Shown here: positions 17,971 to 27,056 of the stretch, piece by piece
How positions within the stretch are numbered: position 1 is the first letter of the stretch
How the letters are laid out: every line of letters starts with the position of its first letter
Assembly (NCBI GenBank): GCA_963674755.2
Contig: CAXXVS010000002.1
Location: 416,001 to 480,000, forward strand
From: Desulfobacterales bacterium
GTDB taxonomy: Bacteria; Desulfobacterota; Desulfobacteria; Desulfobacterales; UBA5852
Length of the DNA stretch: 64,000 nt
Direction of reading: 5' to 3'
Notes under the pieces: generated by a model
Databases searched by the model: none
Told to the model about the DNA's origin: nothing
The model's input: the letters and a program-made list of their open reading frames with translations, nothing else
Made by a program: the position numbers and the translations under genes

Positions 17971-19710
17971 TCACATGATCGCCGGCGAAGGGGATTCTGA
18001 CAGATCCTGGGGCGCAAAAAACTTGATGATCCCCTCGATGGCGATCCATACGGCGATGACCAGGATGATGAAATTGACCACCTGCAGCAGCAGATTGTGG
18101 GCCGCTCCAAAGCTGAACTGGTTCATGGTGACCGCCCAGATGGTCATCACCAGCATGAAGACCGCGGGTATCCCTGCCACCATCCATTTCAGGCCGCCCT
18201 GGGCCTTGAGATACAGGGTGATGATGATCAAGGCCAGGGCCGCCAGGGTTTGATTGACGGCGCCGAACAGCGGCCAGAGTTTAAGGGCGCCGTTGCCGCT
18301 GGCGCCGGTGGCGAAGGCCAGGATCAAAGCCGTGCCCACGGCGATCGCGGTACCGGTATAACGTTCGCCCAGAAAGGGCATATTAAAGCCATTGCCCAGT
18401 TCGGCAATGACATAGCGCTGAATGCGGGTCGCCGTATCCAGGGTGGTGCCGGCAAAGGAGGCCACGAAGACCGCCATGATGGCCAGGGTAAAGGTCTTGG
18501 GAATTCCCACCATCATGATCATATTGGCGGCGCCGTCCACGAAGGCACTGATCTTGGAGCCCAGGCCGGCGGCCGCGGCCCATGAGGAATAATGGGTGGT
18601 CCAGGCGGCCACCCCGGTCAGGGTGGTGCCGTCCTTGGTGGTATAGCCCATGCCGATGCCGGCCGCCACGGCAATGATCACCAGGGTGGCCAGGCCGCCC
18701 TCCAGCAGCATGGATCCGTAACCCACAAACAGGGCGTCGTCTTCGCTGCGCACCTGTTTGGCCGAGGTACCCGAAGACACCAGGGAATGGAAACCGGAGA
18801 TGGCCCCGCAGGCGATCGTGATGAACAGGAAGGGCCACATGGGCGGGGCTTTGGCCGGGGTCGTTTGCAGGGCCGGGGCCACCAGATGAAGATCCCCTCC
18901 GAAGCTGGCGAACAGAACCCCCAAGATAAGCAGCCCCATGGCGATCAGGAGCTGGTGCGAGTTGATAAAGTCCCGGGGCTGCAACAGGGTGGTCACCGGC
19001 AGCACCGAGGCGCAGAAACCGTAAAAAAGGAGGATGATCGTCCAGACCCCGGTGGCCGGGATGCCCGCAATCGCCGGCATCTGGAAGGGCAGATAGGGGC
19101 CCAGAAAGACGCAGATATACATCAGGATGACGGCATAAATCGACCAGGTCATCACATTGGCGCCTTTGCGGTAAATCAGGTAACCGAGACCGATGGCAAT
19201 GGGGACTTCCACCCATACCGCCAGGACCGACTGGGGATACATGGCGAAGATCACGGCAATGACCAGACCGAAGACGGCGATGACGATCCACAGCTCCACG
19301 AAGACAATCAGGAAGAAGAGGAGTTTCGTCCGGTTGTTGATATATTTGGCGGTAAACTCCGAAATCGACTTTCCCTGGTTGCGCATGGAAATGATCAGGG
19401 CGCCGAAGTCATGGACGGCTCCCATGATGATGCTGCCCAGAAAAACCCAGATCAGGGCCGGCACCCACCCCCAGATAATGGCGATGGCCGGCCCCACGAT
19501 GGGCCCGGTACCGGCGATGGAGGTGAAGTGGTGGCCGAAAATGATTTCTTTTTTGGTGGGGACGTAGTCCATCCCGTCCTCGAATTCCACGGCCGGGGTG
19601 CGTGCTTTGCCGGTCAGGGCGAAAATGCGTCGACCGATATAGCGCCCGTACAATTGATACATCGCGATGTAGCCGACGAACGCCAGAACCATAATGAGCA
19701 GAGCATCCAT
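17971..19710 (-). CDS. cstA: Carbon starvation protein A family transporter
   Basis: DGMDYVPT, FGHHFTSIAGTGPIVGP, GAVHD, LLQPRD, ITIACGAISGFHSLVSSGT, WPLFGAVNQ. Confidence 0.94.
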   Translation of the reverse strand: MDALLIMVLAFVGYIAMYQLYGRYIGRRIFALTGKARTPAVEFEDGMDYVPTKKEIIFGHHFTSIAGTGPIVGPAIAIIWGWVPALIWVFLGSIIMGAVHDFGALIISMRNQGKSISEFTAKYINNRTKLLFFLIVFVELWIVIAVFGLVIAVIFAMYPQSVLAVWVEVPIAIGLGYLIYRKGANVMTWSIYAVILMYICVFLGPYLPFQMPAIAGIPATGVWTIILLFYGFCASVLPVTTLLQPRDFINSHQLLIAMGLLILGVLFASFGGDLHLVAPALQTTPAKAPPMWPFLFITIACGAISGFHSLVSSGTSAKQVRSEDDALFVGYGSMLLEGGLATLVIIAVAAGIGMGYTTKDGTTLTGVAAWTTHYSSWAAAAGLGSKISAFVDGAANMIMMVGIPKTFTLAIMAVFVASFAGTTLDTATRIQRYVIAELGNGFNMPFLGERYTGTAIAVGTALILAFATGASGNGALKLWPLFGAVNQTLAALALIIITLYLKAQGGLKWMVAGIPAVFMLVMTIWAVTMNQFSFGAAHNLLLQVVNFIILVIAVWIAIEGIIKFFAPQDLSESPSPAIM

Positions 19711-19779
19711 GGGAATCTCCTCCTCTGTGCGTTTGGGCCGACACCGATCAACGCAGGATGATGCGGCCCGCCGTTTCGT

Positions 19780-20226
19780 TTAAGCGTCCCTGCGGGCGCG
19801 GATGATCAACAGGGCGCGGTCGATGCGGTTTAATATGCCGGAGGCCACGCTGCCATAGAACAAGCGCGACACTCCCCCGCGGCCGTGGCTGCACATGGCC
19901 ACCAGATCGACATTTTCGCGCTGGGCGGCGTCAAGGATCTCCTTGACCACGGATCCCATCACCGCCTGTTGCCGGGCCTCGATGCCCTTGGCCCGGAATT
20001 CCCCTGCCAGGCCCTTGACGTATTGCTCGGCCTCCTTCCGGGCGCCTTCGATCTGGTTTTGGAAATGGGCATACTGCATGTCGTCGTAGCCGAACACACG
20101 GGGTGCGCTGAATACGGTCAGAAAAATGACCGTGGCCTGATTGTCGTGGGCCAGCTTTTCCACATGGGGCAGGATCCTCTCGGCCCGTTTGGAGCCGTCC
20201 AGCGGCACCAGTATTTTATTGTACAT
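19780..20226 (-). CDS. Universal stress protein
   Basis: YNKILVPLDGS...DLVAMCSHGRGG...GSVA. Confidence 0.92.
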   Translation of the reverse strand: MYNKILVPLDGSKRAERILPHVEKLAHDNQATVIFLTVFSAPRVFGYDDMQYAHFQNQIEGARKEAEQYVKGLAGEFRAKGIEARQQAVMGSVVKEILDAAQRENVDLVAMCSHGRGGVSRLFYGSVASGILNRIDRALLIIRARRDA

Positions 20227-20340
20227 ATCGACCCTCCTCTGGGGGTATCGCGCGAGCCGGTCGCCACGGTTTCAACAGTGCCATGCCGGCCGACCCGGCG
20301 GTCCCATGAACGTTTCGCCGCTTGCCGGGACGGTCGCCTG

Positions 20341-21291
20341 TCAAACCACGATCCAGACCGCCCGGTTGCGCACGGTGTTGACGATCTTGTGGCCCACGCG
20401 CCCCATGATGAAATCCTCCACCCGGGAAAGTCCGCGGCGCCCCATGATCAGCGTCCCGATGTCGTTCTGGCGGGCGAATTGAATCATGGCCATGGCCCGG
20501 CTTTCCACCCCCGAAACGACCTCGGTATGAATCCGATCCGGCTTATAGCCGGCCTTCAACAGGCGCTCCGTGGCTTCCTGGAAGACGGGATGGATGGCTT
20601 CGGTGGCTTCGGCCACCAGCGCCTCCACCCTTTCCTGCTCGATCTGTGCGACCAGGGGCGATGGCAGCGCCGGGATTGTCTGCCAGGACCGTACAACGTG
20701 CATCAGGTAGATCTGACGCCGATCGTGACCGTTGCGGGTCGACACCACATGGTCCACGGCCCGCATGGCACCTTCGGATGCGTCCAAGCCCACCAGGAGT
20801 TTTTCAGGTGCGGGATTTCCGCCTACCACCCAGAGGGTCACGTGACGCAGTTGCTCGATCACTTTGTTGGCCACGCTGCCCAGGACGAGTCCTTTGATCT
20901 GGTGGTGACCCTTGCGGCCGACCACCACGGCATTGTACCCGTTGTGGGACTCTTTGATGAGATCGCGTGCAACACCCACTTTACGGTGTTGCGCTTTGAC
21001 GGAGATGCGCTCGCGGGCTATGCCGGCCTTTTCCATGATCTGGCAGGTTTTTTCGATCAGGTCGTCGGCCGCCTTGCGCTGCTCGTGCTCCCAGGCGCGG
21101 ATGGCGGCCATCTGCTGCCGGCCGGCCGGATTGATGCCGATGTCGTAAAACGCTTCATCAACATTCAGACGCACATGATAGAGAACGATGCGCGCCCCGC
21201 ATCCCTCCAGCATGCGGGCCGCATAACGTGCCGTATTGAAGGCCTGCTTCGATCCGTCGATTGCCACTAGCACTTTGTTGTTCTCGTTCAT
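20341..21291 (-). CDS. Tandem-domain universal stress protein
   Basis: VLVAIDGS...VVGRKG...LGSVA, then LLVGLDAS...MGRRG...MGRVG. Confidence 0.92.
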   Translation of the reverse strand: MNENNKVLVAIDGSKQAFNTARYAARMLEGCGARIVLYHVRLNVDEAFYDIGINPAGRQQMAAIRAWEHEQRKAADDLIEKTCQIMEKAGIARERISVKAQHRKVGVARDLIKESHNGYNAVVVGRKGHHQIKGLVLGSVANKVIEQLRHVTLWVVGGNPAPEKLLVGLDASEGAMRAVDHVVSTRNGHDRRQIYLMHVVRSWQTIPALPSPLVAQIEQERVEALVAEATEAIHPVFQEATERLLKAGYKPDRIHTEVVSGVESRAMAMIQFARQNDIGTLIMGRRGLSRVEDFIMGRVGHKIVNTVRNRAVWIVV

Positions 21292-21568
21292 TTTTTCCTC
21301 TCTCGCGGCCGCCTTGGGGAACTAAAGCCCGTTTGTTTGGGTCGACCGCTGTGATGGGGGCGTGAAGGCCCGTTGTAATAGGTCACCCCGACCGGGAAGC
21401 CCGGGGGGCCTGTTCCCTTATCGTCACGGCAGCATCAAACGACCGCCCGGATGGCGACGGATGGGCGATTCGCTGCCCACGGTCCGTCCATCGCATCGCT
21501 TTGTGTCGGTTTGATGTTGCGCCCATTGAGATGTCCCTTTTTCCGCCGAAACCAGAACCAGCAGGTGT

Positions 21569-22252
21569 TCAGGCGGCAAATAGTTCCCGCCGGTTTTCAC
21601 GGTGATCCACCAGATAGAGGAGCCGGGCCGCCCCCCGCAATTCTTCCAGCATGGCGGGTATTCTATCGCGATCCAGATGATAGGCCCGGATGTAGACATG
21701 ACGGTATCCCTGGGGGGCCCGGTCATAGGACGTCACGATGCTCGCCAGGCGACCGTCATAGCGGCGGATGATGTCGGCCAACTCCTTGATGGATCCGGGC
21801 CGGTCTTCCCCTTCGAAGGCCAGATGGACGCCCCGACGCTTGACGCCCAGCAGCGACATGAGGGCCTTGAAAAGATCCTGCTGGGTCACGATACCCACCA
21901 TGCGTCCTTTACCGTCCAGAACAGGGGCCCCGGAGATGTGGTGGTCATGCAGCACTTCGGCCGCCTCTTCGATGGTATAGGTGTCCGGTATCGTAATGGG
22001 CTTGCGGCTCATGATATCCCTGACCTTGATCCGCGTCAGCAGGTGCAGCAGTTCGTGGACCTCGAGCAGGGTGGCATCCGAAGCCGAGGCCCGTTTCAGG
22101 TCGCGGTCGGTCAGGACGCCCACCAGGGTCCCGCGTTCAAATACCGGCAGGGTTTTGATCTTGTTTTCTTTTATAAGTTGCAAGGCATCCGCCATCGACG
22201 CTTGGGCCTCAATGCTGATTACCGATGGATTCATCCAGTTGCGCACAAGCAT
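21569..22252 (-). CDS. CBS-pair + ACT domain protein (AcuB-like)
   Basis: MLVRNWM, GVLTDRDL, VRDIMS, GIVTQQDL, then EDRPG ACT signature. Confidence 0.88.
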   Translation of the reverse strand: MLVRNWMNPSVISIEAQASMADALQLIKENKIKTLPVFERGTLVGVLTDRDLKRASASDATLLEVHELLHLLTRIKVRDIMSRKPITIPDTYTIEEAAEVLHDHHISGAPVLDGKGRMVGIVTQQDLFKALMSLLGVKRRGVHLAFEGEDRPGSIKELADIIRRYDGRLASIVTSYDRAPQGYRHVYIRAYHLDRDRIPAMLEELRGAARLLYLVDHRENRRELFAA

Positions 22253-22264
22253 GATCGATCTCCT

Positions 22265-22687
22265 TTAGTCTGAAGGTCCTTTAGGGGGATCCTCGAGCAG
22301 CCGAATAATGGCGTGCTCGATGGTCTGGGAGTTGAAGGGCTTGTCGATAAAAATGTCCACACCGATCCCGGCCGCCTGGGCATACAATTGTCGGGACCCG
22401 AAAGCCGTGATCAGGATCATGGGGGTCTCAGGGGCCACGCTTTTGGCTTCCCGCAGCATCTCAAGCCCGTCCCGGTCCGGCAGCTGGTAGTCGCAGATCA
22501 GGATATCCACGCCGCCCTGACGGAGAAGCGTAAGGCCCTGCTGGGCGGTTTCGGCCGTGGTGACCCGGCATCCCTCGCAGCTCAGGCAGACGGACATGGA
22601 ATCCCTGATCCAGGCATCGTCGTCCACCAGCAGGATGTGTTTATCCTTGAGGTGTTGGGTTCTTGGGTGACTTCTAGGGGATCTCAT
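22265..22687 (-). CDS. Stand-alone response regulator receiver
   Basis: LLVDDD, ICDYQLP, LITAF, IDKPF. Confidence 0.88.
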   Translation of the reverse strand: MRSPRSHPRTQHLKDKHILLVDDDAWIRDSMSVCLSCEGCRVTTAETAQQGLTLLRQGGVDILICDYQLPDRDGLEMLREAKSVAPETPMILITAFGSRQLYAQAAGIGVDIFIDKPFNSQTIEHAIIRLLEDPPKGPSD

Positions 22688-22700
22688 GGCCGGTTTCCCT

Positions 22701-25451
22701 TCAAACGGTCGTTGTCTCCGAATCCTGGCGGGATGGGAAGGATGCCGCGGAATGATCGGTGACTGTATCGGGCATGTCCGCATCTGCCGTAGGAATATCG
22801 ATGGTCAGCTCAATGGCCCCCATTTCACGGTTATGGTGCTGGCGGAAGCCGGTTTTGCGGCCCAGCCGCAGCATATAGGTATTGTCGGGGAGCACATAGC
22901 CCACGACGGTCTGGATCTCCAGTGTGTGGGCGGCAGAGATCAGCTTGCCCAGCAAGGCGGCTCCGATACCCTGTCCGTGAAGGGCATCGGCCACCATGAT
23001 GGAAAACTCGGCGCGGTTGTTGAGGGCCGATTCGCGAATCAGGCGCGCTGCCCCGAGCATTTCCTCCCCCTGGGGAACTTCCGCCATGGCCACCAGGGCT
23101 ATGTCACGGCCGTAGTCGATTTGGGTGAAGCGGGCCAGCATCTCCGGGGAGATGCGTTTCAGGGGACTGAAAAACCGAAAGTAAATGCTCTCCGAGGAGA
23201 GTTTCTGGAACAAGTCCGCAAACAGCGGGGCATCCTCCGGCTTGATGGGGCGGATCAGCATGTGGAGGCCGCTGCGGGTGACGACATGCTCTTCCAGTTG
23301 ATGGGGGTAGGGGCTGATGACCAGATGGTCGGGGGCGGCCTCCGGGCTGGCTTCGAGGCGGATGCGGGCGTCCGCCGCCCGGAGGCGGTTGTCCACGACC
23401 ATGGCCGGATTGATGTCGAGTTCGGCAATTTCGGGAAAGTCCGTCACGAGCCGGCTGACACGGATCAATACTTCCTCCAGGTGCTCCAGGGAGACGGCCG
23501 CTTGGCCGCGGCAGCCTTTGAGCAGTGCGGCGATACGGGTCTCTTCAATCATCTGACCGGCCAAAGCGCGGTTCAGGGGGGGTAGTGCGATGGTGCGGTC
23601 GCGCAGAATTTCGGTGTAGATCCCGCCGGCGCCGAATAGCACCACGGGACCGAAGACGGGATCGCGACGGGCGCCGATGATGAGCTCATAGGCGGCCCCC
23701 TGTAACATGGGCTGAACGGAAACACCTGTGATGGAGGCCTCGGCCGCCCTGAGCACGAGACGTGCGTAGGCCTCTTCGACCGCGGCGGCGGTTTCCAGGG
23801 ACAGGTAGACACCGCCGGCCTCGGATTTGTGGACGATGTCCGGTGATACGATCTTCAGGACCACCGGATAGCCGATCTGCTCGGCCAGGCGAACGGCCTC
23901 CGCCGGTGTGCGGGCCAGCTTGACCGGGTTTATCGGAATACCGTAGGCCGCCAGGATGGGTTTGGTTTGCAGCTCATCCAGGGCGAACGTTTGGGCATCC
24001 ATCAACCGGTCGATAAAGCCCTTGGCCCGGGGGCGATCCACCGTGAGTTCCGAAGAAAAACGGCCGGGAATTTCCTGGAGCATTTTCTGGCGGCGGCGAT
24101 GGGCTTCGAGCCGTTGAAAGGCGGCCACAGCCCGCTCGGGCGTCGTATAGGTGGGATAGCCCTGAAGGTTGAACTGGTAAACGGCCTGGTCGACGCTTGT
24201 GCCCCCCATCCACACCGGGAAGACGGGGAATTTCGGTTTTTGCTTGAGATAGTCGATGATGGCGTTGGACACGGCGGTCGAGTTGCTCAAGGCCTGGGGA
24301 ATGAAGATGATGATCAGGCCGTCGATAGCGGGATCGGCCGCACAGATTTCCACGGCCTGCCGCCACCGCTCGGGTGAGGCGTCGCCGATGATGTCGATGG
24401 GATTGCCATGGCTCCAGAAGGGCGGCAGAATCGCATCCAGGCGGTCCATGGTCTCCGGGGAGAGCTGGGCCGGGGTCAAGCCCACGCGGTCGATGGCATC
24501 CATGGCCACGACACCCGGCCCGCCGCCGTTGGTGATGACGGCCAGGCGTGGACCGGCCGGAAAGGGCTGCTTGGCGATCAGTTCCGTGCAGTCAAAGAGT
24601 TCTTCAATGGTGTCGACCTGGGTGATGCCGGCCCGTGCAAAAGCGGCGCGGTAGACATCGTCCGCCCCGGCCAGGGCGCCGGTGTGGGAATAGGCCGCTT
24701 TCGCTCCGGCCTGTGACCGGCCGGCCTTGAGCACGATAATGGGTTTGATGCGGGAGGCTGCCCGGGCGGCGCTTATGAACTTGCGGGCCTGGGTGATGTT
24801 TTCCACGTAGAGTACGATGGAACGGCAGCCGCTGTCCGCGCAGCAATAATTGAGCAGATCGCCGAAATCCACGTCCAGCATGCAGCCGATGCTGATGAAA
24901 TGACGAAACCCGATATGTTCCCGGGCCGCGCGGTCGAGGATGGCCAGGCACATGGCACCGCTTTGGGAGATGAAGGTGATGTTGCCGGCGGGCGGCATGC
25001 GATCCAGAAAGCTGGTGTTCAAATTGGCCGCGGTGGATATCACGCCCACACAGTTCGGGCCGATGATGCGGACCCCGCTTTGCTGCGCCGCTTCCAGGAT
25101 ATCCTCTTCCAGCCGGGCACCGGCGGCACCGGTTTCTTTGCCGCCGGCAGAAAGTACGATGGCGCTGTCCACCCCGGTGTGACCGCAATCCTCGATCACG
25201 CCCTGGGCGGCCTCGATGGGGGTGGCGATCACGGCCAGGTCGATGGTCTTTCCGATCGCCGCCAGATTGGGGTAGGCGGGCAGGCCGTTGATGGTCTGCC
25301 GGCCGGAATTGACCGGGTAGATCTTGCCCTTGTAGCCGCCGGCCACCAGGTTGCGAATCACGACGTAACCGACGCGTCCGGGGGTATCGCTGGCGCCGAT
25401 GATGGCGACGGAACGGGGCGAAAAGAATTTCTCCAAGGGCGGCATCGTCAT
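22701..25451 (-). CDS. Acetate-CoA ligase (ADP-forming) family / GNAT acetyltransferase fusion (Pat/YfiQ-like)
   Basis: FSPRSVAIIGAS, GPNCVG, SQSGA, SHTGALAG, NPIDI, HKSEAGGV ATP-grasp, LDINP; C-terminal GNAT (IRPIKPED, HGQGIG); RBS AAGGAG before MTMPP. Confidence 0.92.
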   Translation of the reverse strand: MTMPPLEKFFSPRSVAIIGASDTPGRVGYVVIRNLVAGGYKGKIYPVNSGRQTINGLPAYPNLAAIGKTIDLAVIATPIEAAQGVIEDCGHTGVDSAIVLSAGGKETGAAGARLEEDILEAAQQSGVRIIGPNCVGVISTAANLNTSFLDRMPPAGNITFISQSGAMCLAILDRAAREHIGFRHFISIGCMLDVDFGDLLNYCCADSGCRSIVLYVENITQARKFISAARAASRIKPIIVLKAGRSQAGAKAAYSHTGALAGADDVYRAAFARAGITQVDTIEELFDCTELIAKQPFPAGPRLAVITNGGGPGVVAMDAIDRVGLTPAQLSPETMDRLDAILPPFWSHGNPIDIIGDASPERWRQAVEICAADPAIDGLIIIFIPQALSNSTAVSNAIIDYLKQKPKFPVFPVWMGGTSVDQAVYQFNLQGYPTYTTPERAVAAFQRLEAHRRRQKMLQEIPGRFSSELTVDRPRAKGFIDRLMDAQTFALDELQTKPILAAYGIPINPVKLARTPAEAVRLAEQIGYPVVLKIVSPDIVHKSEAGGVYLSLETAAAVEEAYARLVLRAAEASITGVSVQPMLQGAAYELIIGARRDPVFGPVVLFGAGGIYTEILRDRTIALPPLNRALAGQMIEETRIAALLKGCRGQAAVSLEHLEEVLIRVSRLVTDFPEIAELDINPAMVVDNRLRAADARIRLEASPEAAPDHLVISPYPHQLEEHVVTRSGLHMLIRPIKPEDAPLFADLFQKLSSESIYFRFFSPLKRISPEMLARFTQIDYGRDIALVAMAEVPQGEEMLGAARLIRESALNNRAEFSIMVADALHGQGIGAALLGKLISAAHTLEIQTVVGYVLPDNTYMLRLGRKTGFRQHHNREMGAIELTIDIPTADADMPDTVTDHSAASFPSRQDSETTTV

Positions 25452-25522
25452 GCGATCTCCTTTGCGAGAGGTAACGAACAGGTGCCGTCGGCAGGGCCGA
25501 TCGGGCTCATGCCCCACCCTTG

Positions 25523-25538
25523 AGCAGAAAATGTGCCA
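25523..25538 (-). promoter_or_regulatory. sigma54 promoter for the Pat-CstA-ArsA gene run
   Basis: Minus strand reads TGGCACATTTTCTGCT (GG-N10-GC); AT-rich tract 25555-25590 upstream. Confidence 0.82.
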
Positions 25539-25612
25539 TGGTGTTCTGCTTCGTTAATAAAATAAATAAAACAGCATGTTATAAAATTTTACGGGAGATT
25601 GGGCCGGGGGGA

Positions 25613-25640
25613 TGCGAAGCTGATTTCGCAAAAGTGCGAA
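25613..25640. promoter_or_regulatory. Candidate enhancer (UAS): TGCGAA-N6-TTCGCA-N4-TGCGAA
   Basis: Overlapping inverted repeats of TGCGAA/TTCGCA 75-100 bp upstream of the sigma54 site; a further TGCGAA half-site lies at about 25658. Confidence 0.65.
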
Positions 25641-25667
25641 GGGAGGAGTGGAAGGATTGCGAAGCTG

Positions 25668-27056
25668 TTAGGGGGTTAGTTTACGGTGCCGGTAGCGGAA
25701 CGTGTGGTGGTTAAGGCCCAATAAACGGGCGGCCTTGCTTTCATTGCCGCCGCTGAGGTGCAGGGCCTGATCGATGAAATGCCGTTCGATCTGCTCCAGG
25801 GTATGGGAGAGTTCGATTCCCTCGGTGGGTAGCGTGGGCAATACCTGCAGCCAAGTATCCGGATCGCAACCGGTTTGCGGGGAATTTCCCAGACCCAGAT
25901 CCTGGGGGGTCAGTTCGGCCTGGCGGCTGGTCAGAACCGCCCGTTCGATCAGATTTTTCAGCTCCCGCACATTGCCGGTCCAGCGATGGTTCCGGAGGGC
26001 CTGTTCGGTTTCCGTGGACAACCCTTTGAAACGGGTGCCGAATTTGGCGTTGAAGTGCTCCAGATAATATTTGGCCAGGGGCAGGAGGTCCTCCGGACGC
26101 TCGTTGAGAGAGGGGACTTGAATCTTGATGACCCCCAGACGAAAATAGAGGTCTTCGCGAAAGTGCCCGTCGGCCATCATCTTGGACAAGTCCCGGTTCG
26201 TCGCCGTAACGATGCGCACCGCCACATGCTGGGGTTTGGTTTCGCCGACCCGGTAAAACTCGCCCGATTCCAGAAAGCGCAGCAGCTTGGCCTGGGCTTC
26301 GGGGCTCAGGTCGCCGATTTCATCCAGGAAAAGGGTGCCGTTGTGGGCGGTTTCCACGAGCCCGGTTTTGCCGGATTCCCGCGCCCCGCTGAAGGCCCCG
26401 CCCCGGTAGCCGAAAAGCTCGCTTTCCACGAGGTCCTTGGGGATGGCGGCGCAGTTGACCGCCACGAAGGGACCTTTGAAGACCGGGCTGTGGAAATGGA
26501 TGGCGCTGGCCAGGAGTTCCTTGCCGGTGCCGGTTTCGCCTTCGATCAGAACCGGTGTATCGGCACTGCGGGAAACCCTTTGGACCAGATCCATCACGCT
26601 CTGGATGGCGTTGCTCTCCCCGATAAAGAGGGGCATGTTTTCCTTCAGGCACCGGGCCTGCAGGGCCTGGACTTCCTTGCGCAACCGAATGGTCTCCAGG
26701 GCGTTGGCGATGGTCAGTTCGATCTGGTCCATCTTCAGGGGCTTGACCACATAGTCGTGGGCGCCCAGTTTCATGGAACGAATCACCGTGTCGATATCTT
26801 CGAAGGCGGTGATCATGACCACCAGAATGTGCGGGTTGGCGGCCTTGATGCGCGACAGGGCCTCGATGCCGTTCATGCCGGGCAGTCCGATGTCCAGGAG
26901 CACGAGATCGGGGGGTGATTTTGGCAATGCCGCCAGGGCGTCTTCCGCACTGCCAAACCCGGTGACCTGATAGTGATCCCCCAGGGCGAGGGTGATGCCC
27001 TCGCGGATGGTGGGCTCGTCGTCCACGATGAAAAGGTGATAGCGGATGGCGGTCAT
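25668..27056 (-). CDS. NtrC-family sigma54-dependent response regulator
   Basis: Receiver, GETGTGKE, ESELFG, GAFSGA, LFLDEIG, FREDLYFRL, WTGNVREL, C-terminal HTH. Confidence 0.95.
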   Translation of the reverse strand: MTAIRYHLFIVDDEPTIREGITLALGDHYQVTGFGSAEDALAALPKSPPDLVLLDIGLPGMNGIEALSRIKAANPHILVVMITAFEDIDTVIRSMKLGAHDYVVKPLKMDQIELTIANALETIRLRKEVQALQARCLKENMPLFIGESNAIQSVMDLVQRVSRSADTPVLIEGETGTGKELLASAIHFHSPVFKGPFVAVNCAAIPKDLVESELFGYRGGAFSGARESGKTGLVETAHNGTLFLDEIGDLSPEAQAKLLRFLESGEFYRVGETKPQHVAVRIVTATNRDLSKMMADGHFREDLYFRLGVIKIQVPSLNERPEDLLPLAKYYLEHFNAKFGTRFKGLSTETEQALRNHRWTGNVRELKNLIERAVLTSRQAELTPQDLGLGNSPQTGCDPDTWLQVLPTLPTEGIELSHTLEQIERHFIDQALHLSGGNESKAARLLGLNHHTFRYRHRKLTP

